Shown here piece after piece: positions 19,588-28,698 of a stretch of 64,000 nt of DNA. The DNA is from an uncultured cyanobacterium. Lineage in GTDB: Bacteria > Cyanobacteriota > Cyanobacteriia > Cyanobacteriales > Nostocaceae. The translations under genes and the position numbers were made by a program. Within the stretch, counting starts at the first letter, position 1, and each line of letters begins with the position of its first letter. The stretch covers positions 608,001 to 672,000 of the forward strand of contig CAVUDP010000002.1 in NCBI GenBank assembly GCA_963740315.1, given 5' to 3'. The notes under the pieces are model-generated. The model was not told where the DNA came from. It was given only the letters and a program-made list of their open reading frames with translations, and made no database searches.

Positions 19588-20106
19588 TCACCAATTTCTC
19601 CCTTCCAATCTGGGGGTAGTATAAATTTCTCCATCAGCTAGGATAACTCTAACGGCATCATCCCAGACATTCGGAATATCCTCAGATCCAGTAAAATCAA
19701 CATCAATAAATAGATTATCTCCTTCATCAGCGATATCAGCCCAATTAGTTGTTCTTAAAGTGGTTTCTTTAAAATCAGCCATTCTAATATCGGTGTTTCG
19801 GAAAGAGGCTTCATCGGCATTACATTCATAAAAGCTAGCTCTAACTAAAATGCTACTGTCAAAATTAGCTCGGCATAGGTTGGCATTTTGAAACCTAGCT
19901 CCGTCCAAGTTAGCTTCTTTGAAACATGCTCCTTCCAAGTTGGCATTATCGAACATGGTATCCACTAATTTACACCTACTCAAGTTAGCTCTAACTAAAA
20001 TAATTCCAGTTAAATTCAAACTAGCTAATCTGACACCACTAAAATCAACTCCAGAAAAATCTCTTTCCCCGCTTTTGAATCTTTCTCGCAACTCGTTTCT
20101 ATCCAT
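19588..20106 (-). CDS. Pentapeptide-repeat protein
   Basis: MD..EL.ER...GERDFSG cap followed by A(N/S)(L/F)xx repeats. Confidence 0.9.
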   Translation of the reverse strand: MDRNELRERFKSGERDFSGVDFSGVRLASLNLTGIILVRANLSRCKLVDTMFDNANLEGACFKEANLDGARFQNANLCRANFDSSILVRASFYECNADEASFRNTDIRMADFKETTLRTTNWADIADEGDNLFIDVDFTGSEDIPNVWDDAVRVILADGEIYTTPRLEGRNW

Positions 20107-20257
20107 AATTCTTTATTTTTTGCACCATAGAAAACAAATAATTTACATATTATTAGCCCACGCAGGTGGGCTTTGTTTATGTAGCCCCACTATAAGGAGG
20201 GTGAGGGCATCGATTAAGCTCTAAAATAAATAAAACCCTTCATTCACCAACATCTGT

Positions 20258-22948
20258 ATGAATTTAATTCTATGCCACACAACAGCAGATTTTGATACTT
20301 TAGGGGCTGCGGTGGGGTTGACGCGATTGATTGAAGGTAGCCTCATTGTTTTACCTGGTGGCTCTCATCCTACTGTTAAAGATTTCTTAGCACTTCACAA
20401 AGATGAATATCCGTTAATTGAAAGACGCTCGGTAATTACTGAAGATATTCGCTGTTTGGCTGTGGTTGATACTCAGCAGCGCAACCGTTTGGGAAAGGCT
20501 GCGGAATGGTTTGATTTACCCCATTTAGAGAAAATTATTGTTTACGACCATCATTTAGAACAAACCCTTGATATTCCAGCTACTGAGGCTCATATTTATC
20601 CAGTAGGTGCTGCGACTACTTTAGTTGTACAAGAATTACAAAAACAGAATATTTCTCTAACTTCTACGGAAGCTACTGTGATGGCTTTGGGTATCCATTC
20701 GGACACTGGCTCTTTAACCTTCGAGCATACGACACCGGATGATGCTTTGGCTTTGGCTTGGTTGATGCAGCAGGGTGCTAGCTTGTCGGTGGTTGCCGAA
20801 TATATTGAGCCAGGATTGTCTCCACAGCTGCAAGAGTTATTGAAAATTGCTTTAGAAGATATTCAAACTGAAAAAGTACGCGGTTATCAAGTTGCTTGGG
20901 TAATTCTCAAAACTGAAGATTTTGTGGCTGGGTTATCGAGTTTAGCGTCTGAGTTGGTTAATTTGATGGAAATTGACGCTTTGTTATTGGCTCACGAATA
21001 CCAGAAAAAAAATAGTAATGGTTTGTCGGTGATAGCGCGATCGCAAATTCCCCAAACTAATCTCAATGATATTTTGGCACCTTTTGGTGGTGGTGGTCAT
21101 GCAAAGGCTGCTTCTGTAAGTTTAAAGGATGTAAATTCCCAAGAAATAATCAGCCAAGTTGTCGAGGAGTTGAAAAAAACAATTCCACATCCACCCACAG
21201 CAAGAGATTTAATGTCTTCTCCGGTGCGTACTGTTCCACCAGATACTACCATCGAGGAAGCACATCGAATTTTGTTGCGTTACGGACATTCTGGTTTGTC
21301 GGTGGTTGATGCTGCTTCTGATTTGGTTGGGATAATTTCGCGGCGCGATTTGGATATTGCTTTGCATCACGGTTTTGCTCACGCTCCGGTGAAAGGCTAT
21401 ATGTCAAAGAATCTCAAGACGATCGCACCAGATACGGAATTACCGGAAATTAAATCGTTGATGGTTACTCATGATATCGGGCGTTTACCAGTTTTGGAAG
21501 ATGGTAAGTTGCTGGGAATTGTAACTCGTACCGATGTTTTACGGGAATTGCATGAAGGGAAGGAAGAGAAGAAAGAAGGAGAAGAAAGAGAGAATTTAAA
21601 TCCAACTTTGGATGAATTGCAAAACCGACTTGCACCAGCTTTATGGGAGTTTCTCACGAAAGTTTCAAAAGAGGCAGAGCAGCGAGGTTGGCATTTATAT
21701 ATAGTTGGTGGTGCTGTGCGAGATTTATTATTAGCGAATCCGAATGAACCTTTGCTGCTTCCAGATATTGATATGGTGGTTGATGGTTTTCATAATGCTG
21801 CCGATGTTGGTGCTGGTGTGGAGTTGGCTTCAGCGATTCTGCAACTTTACCCCGGTGCGCGTTTGGATGTCCACGGTGATTTTCAAACTGCTGCTTTGTT
21901 ATGGCACAACGATCGAAAGTTGGATTCGTTATGTATTGATATCGCTACAGCAAGAACGGAATTTTATCCTTATCCAGCAGCGAATCCGGTAGTTGAAGCA
22001 AGTTCGATTCGTCAAGATTTATATCGCCGCGATTTTAGTATTAATGCTTTGGCTTTGCGGTTAACTCCTCCGAATCCAGGTAAATTATTAGATTTCTTTG
22101 GCGGGTTATTAGATTTACAAGCTGAACAAATTCGAGTTTTACACGCTAACAGCTTTATTGAAGATCCAACAAGGATTTACCGCGCCGTGCGTTTTGCGGT
22201 ACGTCTGGGTTTTCACTTAGAAAAGCAAACGGAAGAGTATATTCGCTACGCAATAGAAAGCGGCGTTTATATCCGTACAGCACAAGAAAATTCTAAAACA
22301 CCAGCTTTACAAACTCGTTTAAAGTCGGAATTAAAATATATTTTGCAAACTTCCTATTGGAAACCAGCTTTAAGAATGTTGAGTGAATTGGATGCTTTGC
22401 AGTGCATTCATCCGACTTTGAAATTGAATGATGATTTATTGCGACAGCTACATTTAATAGAACGTTGTTTGCAAAAATTTGATTCTAATGAGCAAAGATT
22501 TACCCATTGGCAGATGCGTTTGGAAGTTGTAATTGCTCATTTAGCCGCAGAATATCGGGGAAAGGTAGCCAAAAATCTGCAATTTCCAGATGACAGTATT
22601 AAAAGGTTAGAAAATTTAGCCGCAGCGAAAAGTAATGTTATAGAAAATTTAGATAAATGCGACAAGCCTTCGCAGGTAGTTAAGCTGTTGCGGAAATACG
22701 ATTTACCAATGTTGATTTTTATCGCTTTGCAAAGTCGGAGAATTATTAGAAAGCAAATTTGGCATTATCTGACAGTTTTATCGAATGTGGAAGCACCGTT
22801 GAATGGTAACGATTTGAAGAAAATGGGTTATAAACCGGGGCCACAATATAAGCAAATTTTGGATGATTTGTTAGCGGCTACTTTAGATGGGGAAGTTAAT
22901 GATAAGAGCGGTGCGGAGGAGTTTTTGAGTAATAATTTTCCGATTTAA
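20258..22948 (+). CDS. DHH/DHHA1-CBS-poly(A) polymerase family tRNA nucleotidyltransferase (A-adding/CCA type)
   Basis: DHH (YDHH), GGGGH, CBS pair, VGGAVRD, DIDMVV, DLYRRDFSINA, EDPTRIYRAVRF. Confidence 0.92.
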   Translation: MNLILCHTTADFDTLGAAVGLTRLIEGSLIVLPGGSHPTVKDFLALHKDEYPLIERRSVITEDIRCLAVVDTQQRNRLGKAAEWFDLPHLEKIIVYDHHLEQTLDIPATEAHIYPVGAATTLVVQELQKQNISLTSTEATVMALGIHSDTGSLTFEHTTPDDALALAWLMQQGASLSVVAEYIEPGLSPQLQELLKIALEDIQTEKVRGYQVAWVILKTEDFVAGLSSLASELVNLMEIDALLLAHEYQKKNSNGLSVIARSQIPQTNLNDILAPFGGGGHAKAASVSLKDVNSQEIISQVVEELKKTIPHPPTARDLMSSPVRTVPPDTTIEEAHRILLRYGHSGLSVVDAASDLVGIISRRDLDIALHHGFAHAPVKGYMSKNLKTIAPDTELPEIKSLMVTHDIGRLPVLEDGKLLGIVTRTDVLRELHEGKEEKKEGEERENLNPTLDELQNRLAPALWEFLTKVSKEAEQRGWHLYIVGGAVRDLLLANPNEPLLLPDIDMVVDGFHNAADVGAGVELASAILQLYPGARLDVHGDFQTAALLWHNDRKLDSLCIDIATARTEFYPYPAANPVVEASSIRQDLYRRDFSINALALRLTPPNPGKLLDFFGGLLDLQAEQIRVLHANSFIEDPTRIYRAVRFAVRLGFHLEKQTEEYIRYAIESGVYIRTAQENSKTPALQTRLKSELKYILQTSYWKPALRMLSELDALQCIHPTLKLNDDLLRQLHLIERCLQKFDSNEQRFTHWQMRLEVVIAHLAAEYRGKVAKNLQFPDDSIKRLENLAAAKSNVIENLDKCDKPSQVVKLLRKYDLPMLIFIALQSRRIIRKQIWHYLTVLSNVEAPLNGNDLKKMGYKPGPQYKQILDDLLAATLDGEVNDKSGAEEFLSNNFPI

Positions 22949-23128
22949 TATAAAAATTATGTAGAGACGTAGCAGTGCTACGTCTCCAACAACATGAAAT
23001 CATCACTTCATATTTTGAAAAAGTTCATATGCGTTTCTAACTTTTAACCCAGAAAAACGTTAAGGAAACTCATAATAAGTTAGATAAGTCCTGATATTCA
23101 ATTAAGATACTTCAGGATATTCTATATT

Positions 23129-23500
23129 ATGTCTTCGAGATTCCAACGTCTTCAATTTGTAAGTCTGGGCTTTTCTCTGCTTCTAGTTGTAGCTTGGGTT
23201 ATTCTTGTGTACCAAGTTTCACCATTGAGAGATCCAAGCTTTCAGCGTTTGGGTGGAAATGGCGGTACATTAATACCTTGGCTTTCTAGTGTGGGTGAAG
23301 ATGATTGGTTTTTGTCAGCTAAAATTCTGGCTTTTTCACTATCTACTAATATTGCGTTTATATTTGCTCAAGAAGTACGTTATCGGGGAAGTAATTGGTT
23401 AATACGTTTCATCGCGACAACGGGGGTATGGCTAATAATGTTTTTCGCTTCTTGCTTTATGTTTGCCTGTCATTTATTAAACCAATGGATAGTTGATTAA
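23129..23500 (+). CDS. Hypothetical membrane protein
   Basis: 123 aa ORF with three hydrophobic segments. Confidence 0.6.
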   Translation: MSSRFQRLQFVSLGFSLLLVVAWVILVYQVSPLRDPSFQRLGGNGGTLIPWLSSVGEDDWFLSAKILAFSLSTNIAFIFAQEVRYRGSNWLIRFIATTGVWLIMFFASCFMFACHLLNQWIVD

Positions 23501-23748
23501 ATTGCGTGACTAATACTAACGACATATTATAAAATTTTACCTCAGTCCTAAGACATATTTCCTCATAAATCCGCGTATATTTCTACAAATTCCCCATCCC
23601 CTGGATGAGGATTTCACATTAACCAACGTTGCGATATTATCTGAACGCAAGGAAGTTAAAGTAGTTTGAATTTTGACTACTTTTAGGATTTTTAACCAAT
23701 AACCTTAACTTCAGCGTTCCAAGAGAGATATTAAGAGAGGACAATAAA

Positions 23749-24348
23749 ATGGCATACGAGTTACCATCTCTTCCCTATGACTACACGGCTTTAGAACCTG
23801 CTATTTCTAAAAGTACTTTAGAATTTCATCACGATAAGCATCATGCGTCTTATGTGAGTAAGTACAATGATGCAGTCAAAGGAACAGAATTAGATAAAAA
23901 ATCAATTGAACAAGTAATCAAAGAAATTTCCGGTAATTCCGAAAAGCAAGGACTTTTTAACAACGCAGCCCAAGCTTGGAATCATACTTTTTATTGGCAA
24001 TGTATGAAGCCTAATGGTGGTGGCACTCCTGGGGGAGATTTAGCGAAAAAGATTGATGCTGATTTAGGCGGTTACGATAAATTTGTTGAAGCTTTCAAGT
24101 CTGCTGGAGCAACTCAGTTTGGTAGTGGTTGGGCTTGGTTGGTGCTGGATAACGGTACTTTAAAAGTTACAAAAACCCTCAATGCTGATAATCCTTTAGC
24201 TAACGGACAAACTCCCTTATTAACTATGGATGTATGGGAACACGCTTACTATTTAGATTATCAAAACAAACGTCCCGCTTACATTGATGATTTTTTGGGT
24301 AAGTTAGTTAACTGGGATTTTGTTGCTCAGAATATGGCAGCAGCATAG
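23749..24348 (+). CDS. sodB: Fe superoxide dismutase
   Basis: HHDKHH, FNNAAQAWNH (Fe-type), TQFGSGWAWL, DVWEHAYY. Confidence 0.96.
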   Translation: MAYELPSLPYDYTALEPAISKSTLEFHHDKHHASYVSKYNDAVKGTELDKKSIEQVIKEISGNSEKQGLFNNAAQAWNHTFYWQCMKPNGGGTPGGDLAKKIDADLGGYDKFVEAFKSAGATQFGSGWAWLVLDNGTLKVTKTLNADNPLANGQTPLLTMDVWEHAYYLDYQNKRPAYIDDFLGKLVNWDFVAQNMAAA

Positions 24349-24361
24349 TTTTTAATTAACT

Positions 24362-24390
24362 TTGGGTGGGTAGAAACTCACCCAATTTTT
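24362..24390 (+). terminator. Terminator after sodB
   Basis: TTGGGTGGG-loop-CTCACCCAA stem followed by a T run. Confidence 0.7.
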
Positions 24391-24445
24391 AGGTTATTTT
24401 CTCTTACTTTATACTTAAAACACAAGTAATAGCAGCACAAAATTA

Positions 24446-24664
24446 ATGATAGAACCTCATTACCCAAAAATTATGATGTCCTTTACTTATCGCGAATGTA
24501 AAATTCAGATTGAACGCGATAAATTTGAAAAACAAGATATTTATGCTGCTTGGGTAAATCACGATCGCGGTTGTGCGATCGCCGTACCTTATGCTTTGAC
24601 TCCCACTGAGGCTGTCAGGAAATCAAAGCAATGGATAGATGAAAGGCTGAATTTACCCAATTAA
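24446..24664 (+). CDS. Small hypothetical protein
   Basis: 72 aa ORF with protein-like composition. Confidence 0.55.
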   Translation: MIEPHYPKIMMSFTYRECKIQIERDKFEKQDIYAAWVNHDRGCAIAVPYALTPTEAVRKSKQWIDERLNLPN

Positions 24665-24700
24665 TTTATATTTTGCTTGTTGAATGCAATATTAATTACT

Positions 24701-24943
24701 TTAATACCTGATATATGAAGAAAATATAATATGTCGAACTGATGGTTCTACTCTATCTATTAAATAAGGATGTAATTCTTGTTGCGAGTTTATATCTGCT
24801 TGATATTCCGATTCATAATTTTCTAAGTCTTCAGATTCTGTATTAAGTTTGGGTTGAGTAAAACTAGATAATTTTGACCATGCAACAGAAAAAGGATTGC
24901 GGATATATGTTGCAAAAAAATTATTTTTGATGTTCTTCATCAC
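24701..24943 (-). CDS. Small hypothetical protein
   Basis: 80 aa ORF in an AT-rich region. Confidence 0.45.
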   Translation of the reverse strand: MMKNIKNNFFATYIRNPFSVAWSKLSSFTQPKLNTESEDLENYESEYQADINSQQELHPYLIDRVEPSVRHIIFSSYIRY

Positions 24944-25058
24944 ATCTTTTACCTATAACAAAGTTTAGTTTTATTGTAGGCAAGTTTATTCGTTATATGG
25001 CTTTCTTTTTGTTTAAAATTGTAAACATAAGTTAAGTTGCTAACTGCTTTATTGAGTT

Positions 25059-26267
25059 TCAAGACCTATTATCCAATTTTATCGCTTGTTCTAAAGCGGC
25101 TTTTTCTTTGGCTCTACGTGCATAGGATTGTAATTTTATCAAATCCCAACCTGTAATTAAACTCATATTTTCTAAGCTCATTCCTTTTATGAGCATTTCT
25201 ACACACCAGGTATGTTGAGCTTGTTCTATTGCTGGTTGTTGCCCGGATGGTGTTGATAATCCGTCTGTTATTTTTTGCCAATATTCTTGTATTTCTGCTT
25301 CTGTAATTGGCATTCCCTGATTATTAAGCAATAATGCCGGATTTTCATCTTTACGACTCTTCAAGTATTTGGTTAATGGATTGTTATTATAGGAACCATA
25401 ACGCTTACCCATAATCCATTGATTGACGGGAACTTGACGTTCACCTTTAACTATTTGCAATAAATGCTGGTTAGCGTCACATATTTGATGGGTTTTTTCT
25501 AAATTAGTAATTTCTGCGGTTGATAAACCTGCTCCAAATAAAATATATATTAAAGCATAATCTCGCAATCCCGATTTTTTGGCACGTTGCAAAATCAAAT
25601 GAACTGTTACCAAAGGTAAATCGATTATTTTTTCTATCTCTCTCAATTCTGAAGTAACTATTTTAGATTTATTAGCTCCCATCAAAAATAACGTTACCAA
25701 ATCTTCTAAAAATTCATCTTTATTCTGCCAAAGTTCGTGAAATTCACTCGTAAATTCGATTACGGCATATCCCAACAGCATAATATTAAGTAAACTTGCT
25801 AGTTTTTGAGGTGGTAAATGCCCCTGTAATTGCTCGCGCTCCATGACTGTTGCTAAAAATTCGGCAACATAATGATTCGCTTCTTTCAAAGTTTTTCCGA
25901 GTGCTTGACGATTTTCTAATGGATAATTACCAGCTTCCCCCACAACGGAGCGTACTAAATTTGGCGATCGCTCTAATGCTTGCAACCAATCTTCACAATA
26001 GTTTTTAAAAGCTTGATGGACGTTAGTTGTTTCAGTAGCTTGAATTTTTAAGTATTCACCCAGTTCTTGAAACACTGGCGATTCGGAAATTACTGCTAAA
26101 AGCAATCCATGTTTGTTACCGAAATGCCGAAACAAGGTCACTTCATTAACTTTCGCTAATTGTGCTACTGCTTTTGTTGTAGTGTCGGTAACTCCCTGAG
26201 CGGCAAATAGTTCTACTGCTGCATTTATTATTCGCTGTCGTGTTGAAATTATTTGGGAATTGGACAT
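25059..26267 (-). CDS. TetR-family regulator with a C-terminal degenerate tyrosine-recombinase-like domain
   Basis: TetR HTH (TRQRIINAA..LF..QG...TTTKAVA..A.VNEVTLFRHFGNK); C-terminal RDYALIYILFGAGLS..E ... QHTW..EML..G ... GW......Y. Confidence 0.88.
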   Translation of the reverse strand: MSNSQIISTRQRIINAAVELFAAQGVTDTTTKAVAQLAKVNEVTLFRHFGNKHGLLLAVISESPVFQELGEYLKIQATETTNVHQAFKNYCEDWLQALERSPNLVRSVVGEAGNYPLENRQALGKTLKEANHYVAEFLATVMEREQLQGHLPPQKLASLLNIMLLGYAVIEFTSEFHELWQNKDEFLEDLVTLFLMGANKSKIVTSELREIEKIIDLPLVTVHLILQRAKKSGLRDYALIYILFGAGLSTAEITNLEKTHQICDANQHLLQIVKGERQVPVNQWIMGKRYGSYNNNPLTKYLKSRKDENPALLLNNQGMPITEAEIQEYWQKITDGLSTPSGQQPAIEQAQHTWCVEMLIKGMSLENMSLITGWDLIKLQSYARRAKEKAALEQAIKLDNRS

Positions 26268-26417
26268 TACAGGTTAAAGGTTAAAGGTTACAGGTTAAGA
26301 GGCTAGAAACGCGGCACTCCGGTTAGTTTGATTAATGCTGACTTACTTAAATTTGTACCAGAATATCTAATACCCACCAATTATTCCCGGTTTCTCCAAC
26401 ATACACGAAAAAAAGAT

Positions 26418-26482
26418 ATGTAAGTGCCACTTGCATTTTTATTTTTTATCTGTTAACTTAGGAATGTAAGCAGCACTTGCAT
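26418..26482. promoter_or_regulatory. Two 19 bp palindromic operators in the divergent tetR/desC promoter
   Basis: ATGTAAGTGCCACTTGCAT (26418-26436) and ATGTAAGCAGCACTTGCAT (26464-26482). Confidence 0.7.
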
Positions 26483-26626
26483 ATTCTAATTTAATTCTCA
26501 AGTGTATTTCTTACCCACTGTCCGATCTAATAGGTGTGGTGGGGAAGGATGCTTCTGGGGTGCGAGCGATCGCCCTCATATATCGAAAGGTTTTATTAAA
26601 AATATTCACTGTCTAAGGAAATAATT

Positions 26627-27463
26627 ATGACTACGCGCTCTGCTGTGGCACAGGGTAAGCAACCGCTTGCTTTGAGTTGGACTAATGTGGCATTTTTCGG
26701 TGCATTTCATGTTATAGCTTTATCGGCTCCCTGGTTTTTTTCTTGGTCTGCTTTGGGAGTAATGATATTTTTACATTGGTTGTTTGGCAGTATTGGTATT
26801 TGTTTGGGTTATCACCGAATTTTGAGCCATCGCAGTTTGCAAGTACCGAAGTGGTTGGAATATATCATTGCCATTCTCGGAGCTATGGCGATGCAGGGAG
26901 GACCGATCTTTTGGGTAGCCGGACATCGATTACACCATGCTCATACTGAGGATGAAGAGAAAGATCCTTATTCTGCCAAGCGTGGTTTCTGGTGGAGTCA
27001 TATGCTGTGGATTTTCTACCCTCGTGAGGAGTTTTTTGACTTTGAAATGTACAAAAAATATGCTCCCGATTTAGTCCGCGATCGATTTTACATTTGGCTA
27101 AATCGCTACTTCTTGTTTCTGCAAATTCCCGTAGGTCTTTTATTGTATGCTTTGGGTGGATGGAATGCGGTAATCTACGGTGTATTTCTCAGAGCGGTAT
27201 TGCTATGGCATTCAACTTGGTTGATTAATTCTGCCAGCCATATCCGAGGTTATCGTACTTTTGAATCGGATGATAATTCCCGCAATCTTTGGTGGGCGGC
27301 TATTTTAACTTACGGTGAAGGTTGGCACAATAATCACCACGCTCATCCAAATGTAGCCAAAGCTGGATTGCGCTGGTGGGAAATAGATATGACTTGGTGG
27401 GCAATTAAAACTTTGCAAACTTTGGGATTGGCTAAGAAGGTTGTGATGCCGGTTAATGATTAA
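26627..27463 (+). CDS. desC: Acyl-lipid delta-9 fatty acid desaturase
   Basis: His boxes HRILSH, HRLHH and HNNHH; GEGWHNNHHAHP. Confidence 0.93.
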   Translation: MTTRSAVAQGKQPLALSWTNVAFFGAFHVIALSAPWFFSWSALGVMIFLHWLFGSIGICLGYHRILSHRSLQVPKWLEYIIAILGAMAMQGGPIFWVAGHRLHHAHTEDEEKDPYSAKRGFWWSHMLWIFYPREEFFDFEMYKKYAPDLVRDRFYIWLNRYFLFLQIPVGLLLYALGGWNAVIYGVFLRAVLLWHSTWLINSASHIRGYRTFESDDNSRNLWWAAILTYGEGWHNNHHAHPNVAKAGLRWWEIDMTWWAIKTLQTLGLAKKVVMPVND

Positions 27464-27756
27464 TACCGACCAATTATGTAGAGACGTTGCACTGCAACGT
27501 CTTTATTTATTTGGATTTGTATCGAGCTATTTATATAGCAATACGGTTCAGTTAAGACTAGGTGAGTTCAACGGATTAAAACGACTTATCAACCACCTTT
27601 GAGGCATGACGCTTATCTTCGTTGAGAAGTCGGGTTATAAGAAACGGAATATCATAAATATTCATTTTTTACCAAAAAAATTCGAGTCGCCTTTTGGCGA
27701 TATCAAAAAGTAAAAAATGCAAAGAACAAAGGATAAAAGTACTAAAGTATAAAGGG

Positions 27757-28611
27757 CTACTGAAAAGACCTCCCGACCCCGCAGGCAACACGAAAACCAA
27801 TACTGTAGTTGTCGTAGTCGCGCGAAAAATATTTGTAGCGAGACGCGGAACGGCAGAAGTCTGGACTGTAGTGCCAGGAACCGCCCCGCAGCACGGCTGT
27901 ATGACTCTTTTGAGAAAGATTATCATTATCATTATCAAACCAAGCACTGCCATCTGTGGGCGCATTTTCATAGTTGGAATGCCGATCGTCAAGACACCAT
28001 TCCCAAACGTTTCCGTGCATATCAGATAGCCCAAAGGCATTAGCTGCGTTAAAACTGCCTACTGGTGTTGTTGTTTTCCGGTCAATCCCTTTAGAACCAG
28101 CACCGTAAGTTTTGGTAGCATCATAATTGGCTAACTCGGATGTAATTGTTTCACCAAAGTGAAATGCTGTTGTCGTACCTCCACGGCAAGCATATTCCCA
28201 TTCTGCTTCGCTAGGTAAGCGATATTCTCTTCCCGTGTGCTTTGATAGTCTGGCACAAAATTCTACCGCATCGTACCAAGAAACTGACTCTACCGGACAG
28301 CGATCGCTCTCTTTGAGGACTTTGAAATTACTAGGATCGAGGGAGAGGTCACGTTTGACTTTCAAATTTTCACGAGATGCGATCGCTCGCCACTGTGCTT
28401 GGGTTATAGGATACCTACCCATAAAGAACGATCGAACTCTTACTTCGTGTTGGGGACGTTCTGAGTCTCTACTACTTTCCTCCGTTTCTGGTGCGCCCAT
28501 TGTAAATGTACCATCGGGAATCAGCATCATTTCTAGTTCAATTCCCGAACCCAAGTTTTCAGTAAAGTATTGTGCTTCCCCTTGTTCGTATTTAATGACT
28601 GTTCTTACCAT
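27757..28611 (-). CDS. Stand-alone FGE-sulfatase (CLec-fold) domain protein; candidate DGR target
   Basis: FTMG, ERPQHEV, YPITQAQW, RLPSEAEWEYACR, NAFGLSDMHGNVWEW, RGGSW, IGFRV. Confidence 0.92.
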   Translation of the reverse strand: MVRTVIKYEQGEAQYFTENLGSGIELEMMLIPDGTFTMGAPETEESSRDSERPQHEVRVRSFFMGRYPITQAQWRAIASRENLKVKRDLSLDPSNFKVLKESDRCPVESVSWYDAVEFCARLSKHTGREYRLPSEAEWEYACRGGTTTAFHFGETITSELANYDATKTYGAGSKGIDRKTTTPVGSFNAANAFGLSDMHGNVWEWCLDDRHSNYENAPTDGSAWFDNDNDNLSQKSHTAVLRGGSWHYSPDFCRSASRYKYFSRDYDNYSIGFRVACGVGRSFQ

Positions 28612-28698
28612 TACTGCCTGCTTATAATAGACATAAATTTAGATGCATTTGCCATAACCTCACCCATTGTTTACGTGGGCAATCAGAAGAATAAAGAG

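Noticed and set aside
25059..25620. Active integrase marking the VMAP region as an integrative element
   Set aside because: Catalytic Arg and HxxR residues are substituted, the domain is fused to TetR, and no att repeats were seen.
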